From Yuukianura sp. NJ FZ-2021 (lineage: Eukaryota), in NCBI GenBank assembly GCA_046563655.1, contig CM102283.1, positions 5,146,001-5,210,000 on the forward strand: DNA of 64,000 bases. Reading direction: 5' to 3'. How positions within the stretch are numbered: position 1 is the stretch's first letter; every line of letters starts with the position of its first letter. Below the pieces are notes generated by a model. It ran no database searches, had not been told where the DNA came from, and was given only the letters and a program-made list of their open reading frames with translations. A program made the position numbers and the translations under genes. Shown in pieces: positions 1 to 15,900 of this stretch.

Positions 1-841
1 ATTGAGCTTGGTTCACTTCAGATGGGCTTTCAGAAGCAAAATATCGGAGTGCAATTTTCAGTTCTCAGATAGCTCAGAATGACTTTTTGGGGAGTTTTGA
101 ATGAAAAAAATGAATTTTTTGACAAAAATTGAGCTTGGTTCACTTCAGATGGGCTTTCCGAGGCAAAATATCGGAGTGCAATTTTCAGTTCTCAGATAGC
201 TCAGAATGACATTTTGGGGAGTTTTGAATGAAAAAAAATTGAATTTTTTGACAAAAATTGAGCTTGGTTCACTTCAGATGGGCTTTCAGAAGCAAAATAT
301 CGGAGTGCAATTTTCAGTTCTCAGATAGCTCAGAATGACTTTTTGGGGAGTTTTGAATGAAAAAAATGAATTTTTTGACAAAAATTGAGATAGGTTCACT
401 TCAGATGGGCATTCCGAGGCAAAATTACGGAGTGCAATTTTCAGTTCTCAGATAGCTCAGAATGACATTTTGGGGAGTTTTGAATGAAAAAAATGAATTT
501 TTTGACAAAAAGTGAGATAGGTTCACTTCAGATGGGCATTCCGAGGCAAAATATCGGAGTGCAATTTTCAGTTCTCAGATAGCTCAGAATGACTTTTTGG
601 GGTCAATAAAAAAATGAATTTTTTGACAAAATTGAGCTTGGTTCACTTCAGATGGGCTTTCAGAAGCAAAATATCGGAGTGCAATTTTCAGTTCTCAGAT
701 AGCTCAGAATGACTTTTTGGGGAGTTTTGAATGAAAAAAATGAATTTTTTGACAAAATTGAGCTTGGTTTACTTCAGATGGGCTTTCCGAGGCAAAATAT
801 CGGAGTGCAATTTTCAGTTCTCAGATAGCTCAGAATGACTT
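1..841. repeat. Satellite array 1, ~127-129 bp monomer, ~6.5 copies, cut by window start and assembly gap
   Basis: ATTGAGCTTGGTTCACTTCAGATGGG recurs at 1, 128, 257 and onward with near-identical intervening sequence. Confidence 0.97.
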
Positions 842-941
842 NNNNNNNNNNNNNNNNNNNNNNNNNNNNNNNNNNNNNNNNNNNNNNNNNNNNNNNNNNN
901 NNNNNNNNNNNNNNNNNNNNNNNNNNNNNNNNNNNNNNNNN
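842..941. other. Assembly gap (100 N)
   Basis: Run of 100 N between two different satellites; true distance unknown. Confidence 0.99.
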
Positions 942-3900
942 TCAGCACACACTCTGGGTTCGGTGATAATTTCAGACGTCGAGGGTGCTGGTGTTTGGTA
1001 TTATATGCACTAAAACACTTTTCCATTTCACATCGTACAGTTTGCTGCTGAATACGTTGTATTTTGACTCAAGTTAAGACGTAGAAGATTCCTGCGTTAA
1101 CTCAAAAAAGGTCAGCTTGCTGGACTAAAAATAGTAACACGCAGAAGATGCTAAGAAATTGTTCTCAGCACACACTCTGGGAGTGGTGATAATTTCAGAC
1201 GTCGAGGGTGCTGGTATTTGGTATTTTATGCACTAAAACACTTTTCCATTTCACATCGTACAGTTTGCTGCTGAATACGTTGTATTTTGACTCAACATAA
1301 GACGTAGAAGATTCCTGCGTTAACTCAAAAAAGGTCAGTTTTCTGCACTAAAAATTGCAACACGCAGAAGATGCTAAGAAATTGTTCTCAGCACACACTC
1401 TGGGGGTGGTGATAATTTCAGACGTCGAGGGTGCTGGTATTTGGTATTATATGCACTAAAACACTTTTCCATTTCACATCGTACAGTTTGCTGCTGAATA
1501 CGTTGTATTTTGACTCAAGTTAAGACGTAGAAGATTCCTGCGTTAACTCGAAGGAGGTCAGTTTGCTGCACTAAAAATAGCAACACGCTGAAGATGCTAA
1601 GAAATTGTTCTCAGCACACACTCTGGGGGCAGTGATAATTTCAGACGTCGAGCGTGCTGGTGTTTGGTATTATATGCACTAAAACACTTTTCCATTTTAC
1701 ATCGTACAGTTTGCTGCTGAATACGTTGTATTTTGACTCAAGTTAAGACTTAGAAGATTCCTGCGTTAACTCAAAAAGGTCAGCTTGCTGCACTAAAAAT
1801 AGCAACACGCAGAAGATGCTAAGAAATTGTTCTCAGCACACACTCTGGGGGTAGTGATAATTTCAGACGTCGAGGGTGCTGGTGTTTGGTATTATATGCA
1901 CTAAAACACTTTTCCATTTTACATCGTACAGTTTGCTGCTGAATACGTTGTATTTTGACTCAAGTTAAGACTTAGAAGATTCCTGCGTTAACTCAAAAAA
2001 GGTCAGCTTGCTGCACTAAAAATAGCAACACGCAGAAGATGCTAAGAAATTGTTCTCAGCACACACTCTGGGAGTGGTGATAATTTCAGACGTCGAGGGT
2101 GCTGGTGTTTGGTATTATATGCACTAAAACACTTTTCCATTTCACATCGTACAGTTTGCTGCTGAATACGTTGTATTTTGACTCAAGTTAAGACGTAGAA
2201 GATTCCTGCGTTAACTCAAAAAAGGTCAGCTTGCTGGACTAAAAATAGCAACACGCAGAAGATGCTAAGAAATTGTTCTCAGCACACACTCTGGGAGTGG
2301 TGATAATTTCAGACGTCGAGGGTGCTGGTATTTGGTATTTTATGCACTAAAACACTTTTCCATTTCACATCGTACAGTTTGCTGCTGAATACGTTGTATT
2401 TTGACTCAACATAAGACGTAGAAGATTCCTGCGTTAACTCAAAAAGGTCAGCTTGCTGGACTAAAAATAGCAACACGCAGAAGATGCTAAGAAATTGTTC
2501 TCAGCACACACTCTGGGAGTGGTGATAATTTCAGACGTCGAGGGTGCTGGTATTTGGTATTTTATGCACTAAAACACTTTTCCATTTCACATCGTACAGT
2601 TTGCTGCTGAATACGTTGTATTTTGACTCAACATAAGACGTAGAAGATTCCTGCGTTAACTCAAAAAAGGTCAGTTTTCTGCACTAAAAATTGCAACACG
2701 CAGAAGATGCTAAGAAATTGTTCTCAGCACACACTCTGGGGGTGGTGATAATTTCAGACGTCGAGGGTGCTGGTATTTGGTATTATATGCACTAAAACAC
2801 TTTTCCATTTCACATCGTACAGTTTGCTGCTGAATACGTTGTATTTTGACTCAAGTTAAGACGTAGAAGATTCCTGCGTTAACTCGAAGGAGGTCAGTTT
2901 GCTGCACTAAAAATAGCAACACGCTGAAGATGCTAAGAAATTGTTCTCAGCACACACTCTGGGGGCAGTGATAATTTCAGACGTCGAGCGTGCTGGTGTT
3001 TGGTATTATATGCACTAAAACACTTTTCCATTTTACATCGTACAGTTTGCTGCTGAATACGTTGTATTTTGACTCAAGTTAAGACTTAGAAGATTCCTGC
3101 GTTAACTCAAAAAAGGTCAGCTTGCTGCACTAAAAATAGCAACACGCAGAAGATGCTAAGAAATTGTTCTCAGCACACACTCTGGGGGTAGTGATAATTT
3201 CAGACGTCGAGGGTGCTGGTGTTTGGTATTATATGCACTAAAACACTTTTCCATTTTACATCGTACAGTTTGCTGCTGAATACGTTGTATTTTGACTCAA
3301 GTTAAGACTTAGAAGATTCCTGCGTTAACTCAAAAAAGGTCAGCTTGCTGCACTAAAAATAGCAACACGCAGAAGATGCTAAGAAATTGTTCTCAGCACA
3401 CACTCTGGGAGTGGTGATAATTTCAGACGTCGAGGGTGCTGGTGTTTGGTATTATATGCACTAAAACACTTTTCCATTTCACATCGTACAGTTTGCTGCT
3501 GAATACGTTGTATTTTGACTCAAGTTAAGACATAGAAGATTCCTGCGTTAACTCAAAAAAGGTCAGCTTGCTGGACTAAAAATAGCAACACGCAGAAGAT
3601 GCTAAGAAATTGTTCTCAGCACACACTCTGGGAGTGGTGATAATTTCAGACGTCGAGGGTGCTGGTATTTGGTATTTTATGCACTAAAACACTTTTCCAT
3701 TTCACATCGTACAGTTTGCTGCTGAATACGTTGTATTTTGACTCAACATAAGACGTAGAAGATTCCTGCGTTAACTCAAAAAAGGTCAGTTTTCTGCACT
3801 AAAAATTGCAACACGCAGAAGATGCTAAGAAATTGTTCTCAGCACACACTCTGGGGGTGGTGATAATTTCAGACGTCGAGGGTGCTGGTATTTGGTATTA

Positions 3901-6900
3901 TATGCACTAAAACACTTTTCCATTTTACATCGTACAGTTTGCTGCTGAGTACGTTGTATTTTGACTCAAGTTAAGACTTAGAAGATTCCTGCGTTAACTC
4001 AAAGGAGGTCAGTTTGCTGCACTAAAAATAGCAACACGCTGAAGATGCTAAGAAATTGTTCTCAGCACACATTCTGGGTTCGGTGATAATTTCAGACGTC
4101 GAGGGTGGTGGTGTTTGGTATTATATGCACTAAAACACTTTTCCATTTCACATCGTACAGTTTGCTGCTGAATACGTTGTATTTTGACTCAACATAAGAC
4201 GTAGAAGATTCCTGCGTTAACTCAAAGGAGGTCAGTTTGCTGCACTAAAAATAGCAACACGCTGAAGATGCTAAGAAATTGTTCTCAGCACACACTCTGG
4301 GGGTAGTGATAATTTCAGACGTCGAGGGTGCTGGTATTTGGTATTTTATGCACTAAAACACTTTTCCATTTCACATCGTACAGTTTGCTGCTGAATACGT
4401 TGTATTTTGACTCAACATAAGACGTAGAAGATTCCTGCGTTAACTCAAAAAGGTCAGTTTTCTGCACTAAAAATTGCAACACGCAGAAGATGCTAAGAAA
4501 TTGTTCTCAGCACACACTCTGGGGGTGGTGATAATTTCAGACGTCGAGGGTGCTGGTATTTGGTATTATATGCACTAAAACACTTTTCCATTTCACATCG
4601 TACAGTTTGCTGCTGAATACGTTGTATTTTGACTCAAGTTAAGACGTAGAAGATTCCTGCGTTAACTCGAAGGAGGTCAGTTTGCTGCACTAAAAATAGC
4701 AACACGCTGAAGATGCTAAGAAATTGTTCTCAGCACACACTCTGGGGGCAGTGATAATTTCAGACGTCGAGCGTGCTGGTGTTTGGTATTATATGCACTA
4801 AAACACTTTTCCATTTTACATCGTACAGTTTGCTGCTGAATACGTTGTATTTTGACTCAAGTTAAGACTTAGAAGATTCCTGCGTTAACTCAAAAAAGGT
4901 CAGCTTGCTGCACTAAAAATAGCAACACGCAGAAGATGCTAAGAAATTGTTCTCAGCACACACTCTGGGGGTAGTGATAATTTCAGACGTCGAGGGTGCT
5001 GGTGTTTGGTATTATATGCACTAAAACACTTTTCCATTTTACATCGTACAGTTTGCTGCTGAATACGTTGTATTTTGACTCAAGTTAAGACTTAGAAGAT
5101 TCCTGCGTTAACTCAAAAAGGTCAGCTTGCTGCACTAAAAATAGCAACACGCAGAAGATGCTAAGAAATTGTTCTCAGCACACACTCTGGGAGTGGTGAT
5201 AATTTCAGACGTCGAGGGTGCTGGTGTTTGGTATTATATGCACTAAAACACTTTTCCATTTCACATCGTACAGTTTGCTGCTGAATACGTTGTATTTTGA
5301 CTCAAGTTAAGACGTAGAAGATTCCTGCGTTAACTCAAAAAAGGTCAGCTTGCTGGACTAAAAATAGCAACACGCAGAAGATGCTAAGAAATTGTTCTCA
5401 GCACACACTCTGGGAGTGGTGATAATTTCAGACGTCGAGGGTGCTGGTATTTGGTATTTTATGCACTAAAACACTTTTCCATTTCACATCGTACAGTTTG
5501 CTGCTGAATACGTTGTATTTTGACTCAACATAAGACGTAGAAGATTCCTGCGTTAACTCAAAAAAGGTCAGCTTGCTGGACTAAAAATAGCAACACGCAG
5601 AAGATGCTAAGAAATTGTTCTCAGCACACACTCTGGGAGTGGTGATAATTTCAGACGTCGAGGGTGCTGGTATTTGGTATTTTATGCACTAAAACACTTT
5701 TCCATTTCACATCGTACAGTTTGCTGCTGAATACGTTGTATTTTGACTCAACATAAGACGTAGAAGATTCCTGCGTTAACTCAAAAAAGGTCAGTTTTCT
5801 GCACTAAAAATTGCAACACGCAGAAGATGCTAAGAAATTGTTCTCAGCACACACTCTGGGGGTGGTGATAATTTCAGACGTCGAGGGTGCTGGTATTTGG
5901 TATTATATGCACTAAAACACTTTTCCATTTCACATCGTACAGTTTGCTGCTGAATACGTTGTATTTTGACTCAAGTTAAGACGTAGAAGATTCCTGCGTT
6001 AACTCGAAGGAGGTCAGTTTGCTGCACTAAAAATAGCAACACGCTGAAGATGCTAAGAAATTGTTCTCAGCACACACTCTGGGGGCAGTGATAATTTCAG
6101 ACGTCGAGCGTGCTGGTGTTTGGTATTATATGCACTAAAACACTTTTCCATTTTACATCGTACAGTTTGCTGCTGAATACGTTGTATTTTGACTCAAGTT
6201 AAGACTTAGAAGATTCCTGCGTTAACTCAAAAAAGGTCAGCTTGCTGCACTAAAAATAGCAACACGCAGAAGATGCTAAGAAATTGTTCTCAGCACACAC
6301 TCTGGGGGTAGTGATAATTTCAGACGTCGAGGGTGCTGGTGTTTGGTATTATATGCACTAAAACACTTTTCCATTTTACATCGTACAGTTTGCTGCTGAA
6401 TACGTTGTATTTTGACTCAAGTTAAGACTTAGAAGATTCCTGCGTTAACTCAAAAAAGGTCAGCTTGCTGGACTAAAAATAGCAACACGCAGAAGATGCT
6501 AAGAAATTGTTCTCAGCACACACTCTGGGAGTGGTGATAATTTCAGACGTCGAGGGTGCTGGTATTTGGTATTTTATGCACTAAAACACTTTTCCATTTC
6601 ACATCGTACAGTTTGCTGCTGAATACGTTGTATTTTGACTCAACATAAGACGTAGAAGATTCCTGCGTTAACTCAAAAAAGGTCAGTTTTCTGCACTAAA
6701 AATTGCAACACGCAGAAGATGCTAAGAAATTGTTCTCAGCACACACTCTGGGGTGGTGATAATTTCAGACGTCGAGGGTGCTGGTATTTGGTATTATATG
6801 CACTAAAACACTTTTCCATTTTACATCGTACAGTTTGCTGCTGAGTACGTTGTATTTTGACTCAAGTTAAGACTTAGAAGATTCCTGCGTTAACTCAAAG

Positions 6901-9900
6901 GAGGTCAGTTTGCTGCACTAAAAATAGCAACACGCTGAAGATGCTAAGAAATTGTTCTCAGCACACATTCTGGGTTCGGTGATAATTTCAGACGTCGAGG
7001 GTGCTGGTGTTTGGTATTATATGCACTAAAACACTTTTCCATTTCACATCGTACAGTTTGCTGCTGAATACGTTGTATTTTGACTCAACATAAGACGTAG
7101 AAGATTCCTGCGTTAACTCAAAGGAGGTCAGTTTGCTGCACTAAAAATAGCAACACGCTGAAGATGCTAAGAAATTGTTCTCAGCACACACTCTGGGTTC
7201 GGTGATAATTTCAGACGTCGAGGGTGCTGGTGTTTGGTGTTATATGCACTAAAACACTTTTCCATTTCACATCGTACAGTTTGCTGCTGAATACGTTGTA
7301 TTTTGACTCAAGTTAAGACGTAGAAGATTCCTGCGTTAACTCAAAGGAGGTCAGTTTGCTGCACTAAAAATAGCAACACGCTGAAGATGCTAAGAAATTG
7401 TTCTCAGCACACACTCTGGGGGCAGTGATAATTTCAGACGTCGAGCGTGCTGGTGTTTGGTATTATATGCACTAAAACACTTTTCCATTTTACATCGTAC
7501 AGTTTGCTGCTGAATACGTTGTATTTTGACTCAAGTTAAGACTTAGAAGATTCCTGCGTTAACTCAAAAAGGTCAGCTTGCTGCACTAAAAATAGCAACA
7601 CGCAGAAGATGCTAAGAAATTGTTCTCAGCACACACTCTGGGGGTAGTGATAATTTCAGACGTCGAGGGTGCTGGTGTTTGGTATTATATGCACTAAAAC
7701 ACTTTTCCATTTTACATCGTACAGTTTGCTGCTGAATACGTTGTATTTTGACTCAAGTTAAGACTTAGAAGATTCCTGCGTTAACTCAAAAAAGGTCAGC
7801 TTGCTGCACTAAAAATAGCAACACGCAGAAGATGCTAAGAAATTGTTCTCAGCACACACTCTGGGAGTGGTGATAATTTCAGAAGTCGAGGGTGCTGGTG
7901 TTTGGTATTATATGCACTAAAACACTTTTCCATTTCACATCGTACAGTTTGCTGCTGAATACGTTGTATTTTGACTCAAGTTAAGACTTAGAAGATTCCT
8001 GCGTTAACTCAAAGGAGGTCAGTTTGCTGCACCAAAAATAGCAACACGCTGAAGATGCTAAGAAATTGTTCTCAGCACACACTCTGGGGGTGGTGATAAT
8101 TTCAGACGTCGAGGGTGCTGGTATTTGGTATTATATGCACTAAAACACTTTTCCATTTCACATCGTACAGTTTGCTGCTGAATACGTTGTATTTTGACTC
8201 AAGTTAAGACGTAGAAGATTCCTGCGTTAACTCAAAGGAGGTCAGTTTGCTGCACTAAAAATAGCAACACGCTGAAGATGCTAAGAAATTGTTCTCAGCA
8301 CACACTCTGGGGGCAGTGATAATTTCAGACGTCGAGCGTGCTGGTGTTTGGTATTATATGCACTAAAACACTTTTCCATTTTACATCGTACAGTTTGCTG
8401 CTGAATACGTTGTATTTTGACTCAACATAAGACGTAGAAGATTCCTGCGTTAACTCAAAAAAGGTCAGTTTTCTGCACTAAAAATTGCAACACGCAGAAG
8501 ATGCTAAGAAATTGTTCTCAGCACACACTCTGGGGGTGGTGATAATTTCAGACGTCGAGGGTGCTGGTATTTGGTATTATATGCACTAAAACACTTTTCC
8601 ATTTCACATCGTACAGTTTGCTGCTGAATACGTTGTATTTTGACTCAACATAAGACGTAGAAGATTCCTGCGTTAACTCAAAGGAGGTCAGTTTGCTGCA
8701 CTAAAAATAGCAACACGCAGAAGATGCTAAGAAATTGTTCTCAGCACACACTCTGGGAGTGGTGATAATTTCAGACGTCGAGGGTGCTGGTATTTGGTAT
8801 TTTATGCACTAAAACACTTTTCCATTTCACATCGTACAGTTTGCTGCTGAATACGTTGTATTTTGACTCAAGTTAAGACGTAGAAGATTCCTGCGTTAAC
8901 TCAAAGGAGGTCAGTTTTCTGCACCAAAAATAGCAACACGCTGAAGATGCTAAGAAATTGTTCTCAGCACACACTCTGGGGGCAGTGATAATTTCAGACG
9001 TCGAGCGTGCTGGTGTTTGGTATTATATGCACTAAAACACTTTTCCATTTTACATCGTACAGTTTGCTGCTGAATACGTTGTATTTTGACTCAAGTTAAG
9101 ACTTAGAAGATTCCTGCGTTAACTCAAAAAGGTCAGCTTGCTGCACTAAAAATAGCAACACGCAGAAGATGCTAAGAAATTGTTCTCAGCACACACTCTG
9201 GGGGTAGTGATAATTTCAGACGTCGAGGGTGCTGGTGTTTGGTATTATATGCACTAAAACACTTTTCCATTTTACATCGTACAGTTTGCTGCTGAATACG
9301 TTGTATTTTGACTCAAGTTAAGACTTAGAAGATTCCTGCGTTAACTCAAAAAGGTCAGCTTGCTGCACTAAAAATAGCAACACGCAGAAGATGCTAAGAA
9401 ATTGTTCTCAGCACACACTCTGGGAGTGGTGATAATTTCAGACGTCGAGGGTGCTGGTGTTTGGTATTATATGCACTAAAACACTTTTCCATTTCACATC
9501 GTACAGTTTGCTGCTGAATACGTTGTATTTTGACTCAAGTTAAGACGTAGAAGATTCCTGCGTTAACTCAAAAAAGGTCAGCTTGCTGGACTAAAAATAG
9601 CAACACGCAGAAGATGCTAAGAAATTGTTCTCAGCACACACTCTGGGAGTGGTGATAATTTCAGACGTCGAGGGTGCTGGTATTTGGTATTTTATGCACT
9701 AAAACACTTTTCCATTTCACATCGTACAGTTTGCTGCTGAATACGTTGTATTTTGACTCAACATAAGACGTAGAAGATTCCTGCGTTAACTCAAAAAGGT
9801 CAGCTTGCTGGACTAAAAATAGCAACACGCAGAAGATGCTAAGAAATTGTTCTCAGCACACACTCTGGGAGTGGTGATAATTTCAGACGTCGAGGGTGCT

Positions 9901-12900
9901 GGTATTTGGTATTTTATGCACTAAAACACTTTTCCATTTCACATCGTACAGTTTGCTGCTGAATACGTTGTATTTTGACTCAACATAAGACGTAGAAGAT
10001 TCCTGCGTTAACTCAAAAAGGTCAGTTTTCTGCACTAAAAATTGCAACACGCAGAAGATGCTAAGAAATTGTTCTCAGCACACACTCTGGGGGTGGTGAT
10101 AATTTCAGACGTCGAGGGTGCTGGTATTTGGTATTATATGCACTAAAACACTTTTCCATTTTACATCGTACAGTTTGCTGCTGAATACGTTGTATTTTGA
10201 CTCAAGTTAAGACTTAGAAGATTCCTGCGTTAACTCAAAAAAGGTCAGCTTGCTGCACTAAAAATAGCAACACGCAGAAGATGCTAAGAAATTGTTCTCA
10301 GCACACACTCTGGGAGTGGTGATAATTTCAGACGTCGAGGGTGCTGGTGTTTGGTATTATATGCACTAAAACACTTTTCCATTTCACATCGTACAGTTTG
10401 CTGCTGAATACGTTGTATTTTGACTCAAGTTAAGACGTAGAAGATTCCTGCGTTAACTCAAAAAGGTCAGCTTGCTGGACTAAAAATAGCAACACGCAGA
10501 AGATGCTAAGAAATTGTTCTCAGCACACACTCTGGGAGTGGTGATAATTTCAGACGTCGAGGGTGCTGGTATTTGGTATTTTATGCACTAAAACACTTTT
10601 CCATTTCACATCGTACAGTTTGCTGCTGAATACGTTGTATTTTGACTCAACATAAGACGTAGAAGATTCCTGCGTTAACTCAAAAAAGGTCAGCTTGCTG
10701 GACTAAAAATAGCAACACGCAGAAGATGCTAAGAAATTGTTCTCAGCACACACTCTGGGAGTGGTGATAATTTCAGACGTCGAGGGTGCTGGTATTTGGT
10801 ATTTTATGCACTAAAACACTTTTCCATTTCACATCGTACAGTTTGCTGCTGAATACGTTGTATTTTGACTCAACATAAGACGTAGAAGATTCCTGCGTTA
10901 ACTCAAAAAAGGTCAGTTTTCTGCACTAAAAATTGCAACACGCAGAAGATGCTAAGAAATTGTTCTCAGCACACACTCTGGGGGTGGTGATAATTTCAGA
11001 CGTCGAGGGTGCTGGTATTTGGTATTATATGCACTAAAACACTTTTCCATTTCACATCGTACAGTTTGCTGCTGAATACGTTGTATTTTGACTCAAGTTA
11101 AGACGTAGAAGATTCCTGCGTTAACTCGAAGGAGGTCAGTTTGCTGCACTAAAAATAGCAACACGCTGAAGATGCTAAGAAATTGTTCTCAGCACACACT
11201 CTGGGGGCAGTGATAATTTCAGACGTCGAGCGTGCTGGTGTTTGGTATTATATGCACTAAAACACTTTTCCATTTTACATCGTACAGTTTGCTGCTGAAT
11301 ACGTTGTATTTTGACTCAAGTTAAGACTTAGAAGATTCCTGCGTTAACTCAAAAAAGGTCAGCTTGCTGCACTAAAAATAGCAACACGCAGAAGATGCTA
11401 AGAAATTGTTCTCAGCACACACTCTGGGGGTAGTGATAATTTCAGACGTCGAGGGTGCTGGTGTTTGGTATTATATGCACTAAAACACTTTTCAATTTTA
11501 CATCGTACAGTTTGCTGCTGAATACGTTGTATTTTGACTCAAGTTAAGACTTAGAAGATTCCTGCGTTAACTCAAAAAAGGTCAGCTTGCTGCACTAAAA
11601 ATAGCAACACGCAGAAGATGCTAAGAAATTGTTCTCAGCACACACTCTGGGAGTGGTGATAATTTCAGACGTCGAGGGTGCTGGTGTTTGGTATTATATG
11701 CACTAAAACACTTTTCCATTTCACATCGTACAGTTTGCTGCTGAATACGTTGTATTTTGACTCAAGTTAAGACGTAGAAGATTCCTGCGTTAACTCAAAA
11801 AAGGTCAGCTTGCTGGACTAAAAATAGCAACACGCAGAAGATGCTAAGAAATTGTTCTCAGCACACACTCTAGGAGTGGTGATAATTTCAGACGTCGAGG
11901 GTGCTGGTATTTGGTATTTTATGCACTAAAACACTTTTCCATTTCACATCGTACAGTTTGCTGCTGAATACGTTGTATTTTGACTCAACATAAGACGTAG
12001 AAGATTCCTGCGTTAACTCAAAAAAGGTCAGTTTTCTGCACTAAAAATTGCAACACGCAGAAGATGCTAAGAAATTGTTCTCAGCACACACTCTGGGGGT
12101 GGTGATAATTTCAGACGTCGAGGGTGCTGGTATTTGGTATTATATGCACTAAAACACTTTTCCATTTTACATCGTACAGTTTGCTGCTGAGTACGTTGTA
12201 TTTTGACTCAAGTTAAGACTTAGAAGATTCCTGCGTTAACTCAAAGGAGGTCAGTTTGCTGCACTAAAAATAGCAACACGCTGAAGATGCTAAGAAATTG
12301 TTCTCAGCACACATTCTGGGTTCGGTGATAATTTCAGACGTCGAGGGTGCTGGTGTTTGGTATTATATGCACTAAAACACTTTTCCATTTCACATCGTAC
12401 AGTTTGCTGCTGAATACGTTGTATTTTGACTCAACATAAGACGTAGAAGATTCCTGCGTTAACTCAAAGGAGGTCAGTTTGCTGCACTAAAAATAGCAAC
12501 ACGCTGAAGATGCTAAGAAATTGTTCTCAGCACACACTCTGGGTTCGGTGATAATTTCAGACGTCGAGGGTGCTGGTGTTTGGTGTTATATGCACTAAAA
12601 CACTTTTCCATTTCACATCGTACAGTTTGCTGCTGAATACGTTGTATTTTGACTCAAGTTAAGACGTAGAAGATTCCTGCGTTAACTCAAAGGAGGTCAG
12701 TTTGCTGCACTAAAAATAGCAACACGCTGAAGATGCTAAGAAATTGTTCTCAGCACACACTCTGGGGGCAGTGATAATTTCAGACGTCGAGCGTGCTGGT
12801 GTTTGGTATTATATGCACTAAAACACTTTTCCATTTTACATCGTACAGTTTGCTGCTGAATACGTTGTATTTTGACTCAAGTTAAGACTTAGAAGATTCC

Positions 12901-15900
12901 TGCGTTAACTCAAAAAAGGTCAGCTTGCTGCACTAAAAATAGCAACACGCAGAAGATGCTAAGAAATTGTTCTCAGCACACACTCTGGGGGTAGTGATAA
13001 TTTCAGACGTCGAGGGTGCTGGTGTTTGGTATTATATGCACTAAAACACTTTTCCATTTTACATCGTACAGTTTGCTGCTGAATACGTTGTATTTTGACT
13101 CAAGTTAAGACTTAGAAGATTCCTGCGTTAACTCAAAAAGGTCAGCTTGCTGCACTAAAAATAGCAACACGCAGAAGATGCTAAGAAATTGTTCTCAGCA
13201 CACACTCTGGGAGTGGTGATAATTTCAGAAGTCGAGGGTGCTGGTGTTTGGTATTATATGCACTAAAACACTTTTCCATTTCACATCGTACAGTTTGCTG
13301 CTGAATACGTTGTATTTTGACTCAAGTTAAGACTTAGAAGATTCCTGCGTTAACTCAAAGGAGGTCAGTTTGCTGCACCAAAAATAGCAACACGCTGAAG
13401 ATGCTAAGAAATTGTTCTCAGCACACACTCTGGGGGTGGTGATAATTTCAGACGTCGAGGGTGCTGGTATTTGGTATTATATGCACTAAAACACTTTTCC
13501 ATTTCACATCGTACAGTTTGCTGCTGAATACGTTGTATTTTGACTCAAGTTAAGACGTAGAAGATTCCTGCGTTAACTCAAAGGAGGTCAGTTTGCTGCA
13601 CTAAAAATAGCAACACGCTGAAGATGCTAAGAAATTGTTCTCAGCACACACTCTGGGGGCAGTGATAATTTCAGACGTCGAGCGTGCTGGTGTTTGGTAT
13701 TATATGCACTAAAACACTTTTCCATTTTACATCGTACAGTTTGCTGCTGAATACGTTGTATTTTGACTCAACATAAGACGTAGAAGATTCCTGCGTTAAC
13801 TCAAAAAAGGTCAGTTTTCTGCACTAAAAATTGCAACACGCAGAAGATGCTAAGAAATTGTTCTCAGCACACACTCTGGGGGTGGTGATAATTTCAGACG
13901 TCGAGGGTGCTGGTATTTGGTATTATATGCACTAAAACACTTTTCCATTTCACATCGTACAGTTTGCTGCTGAATACGTTGTATTTTGACTCAACATAAG
14001 ACGTAGAAGATTCCTGCGTTAACTCAAAGGAGGTCAGTTTGCTGCACTAAAAATAGCAACACGCAGAAGATGCTAAGAAATTGTTCTCAGCACACACTCT
14101 GGGAGTGGTGATAATTTCAGACGTCGAGGGTGCTGGTATTTGGTATTTTATGCACTAAAACACTTTTCCATTTCACATCGTACAGTTTGCTGCTGAATAC
14201 GTTGTATTTTGACTCAAGTTAAGACGTAGAAGATTCCTGCGTTAACTCAAAGGAGGTCAGTTTTCTGCACCAAAAATAGCAACACGCTGAAGATGCTAAG
14301 AAATTGTTCTCAGCACACACTCTGGGGGCAGTGATAATTTCAGACGTCGAGCGTGCTGGTGTTTGGTATTATATGCACTAAAACACTTTTCCATTTTACA
14401 TCGTACAGTTTGCTGCTGAATACGTTGTATTTTGACTCAAGTTAAGACTTAGAAGATTCCTGCGTTAACTCAAAAAGGTCAGCTTGCTGCACTAAAAATA
14501 GCAACACGCAGAAGATGCTAAGAAATTGTTCTCAGCACACACTCTGGGGGTAGTGATAATTTCAGACGTCGAGGGTGCTGGTGTTTGGTATTATATGCAC
14601 TAAAACACTTTTCCATTTTACATCGTACAGTTTGCTGCTGAATACGTTGTATTTTGACTCAAGTTAAGACTTAGAAGATTCCTGCGTTAACTCAAAAAAG
14701 GTCAGCTTGCTGCACTAAAAATAGCAACACGCAGAAGATGCTAAGAAATTGTTCTCAGCACACACTCTGGGAGTGGTGATAATTTCAGACGTCGAGGGTG
14801 CTGGTGTTTGGTATTATATGCACTAAAACACTTTTCCATTTCACATCGTACAGTTTGCTGCTGAATAGGTTGTATTTTGACTCAACATAAGACGTAGAAG
14901 ATTCCTGCGTTAACTCAAAAAAGGTCAGTTTTCTGCACTAAAAATTGCAACACGCAGAAGATGCTAAGAAATTGTTCTCAGCACACACTCTGGGGGCGGT
15001 GATAATTTCAGACGTCGAGGGTGCTGGTGTTTGGTATTATATGCACTAAAACACTTTTCCATTTTACATCGTACAGTTTGCTGCTGAATACGTTGTATTT
15101 TGACTCAAGTTAAGACGTAGAAGATTCCTGCGTTAACTCAAAAAGGTCGGCTTGCTGCACTAAAAATAGCAACACGCAGAAGATGCTAAGAAATTGTTCT
15201 CAGCACACACTCTGGGGGTGGTGATAATTTCAGACGTCGAGGGTGCTGGTGTTTGGTATTTTATGCACTAAAACACTTTTCCATTTCACATCGTACAGTT
15301 TGCTGCTGAATACGTTGTATTTTGACTCAAGTTAAGACTTAGAAGATTCCTGCGTTAACTCAAAAAAGGTCAGCTTGCTGGACTAAAAATAGCAACACGC
15401 AGAAGATGCTAAGAAATTGTTGTCAGCACACACTCTTGGAGTGGTGATAATTTCAGACGTCGAGGGTGCTGGTGTTTGGTATTATATGCACTAAAACACT
15501 TTTCCATTTTACATCGTACAGTTTGCTGCTGAATACGTTGTATTTTGACTCAAGTTAAGACGTAGAAGATTCCTGCGTTAACTCAAAAAAGGTCGGCTTG
15601 CTGCACTAAAAATAGCAACACGCAGAAGATGCTAAGAAATTGTTCTCAGCACACACTCTGGGGGTGGTGATAATTTCAGACGTCGAGGGTGCTGGTGTTT
15701 GGTATTTTATGCACTAAAACACTTTTCCATTTCACATCGTACAGTTTGCTGCTGAATACGTTGTATTTTGACTCAAGTTAAGACTTAGAAGATTCCTGCG
15801 TTAACTCAAAAAAGGTCAGCTTGCTGGACTAAAAATAGCAACACGCAGAAGATGCTAAGAAATTGTTGTCAGCACACACTCTGGGAGTGGTGATAATTTC

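Noticed and set aside
814-1026. Short ORFs in satellites (also 49752-49940 and 58290-58481)
   Set aside because: Chance frames in tandem repeats; one spans the N gap
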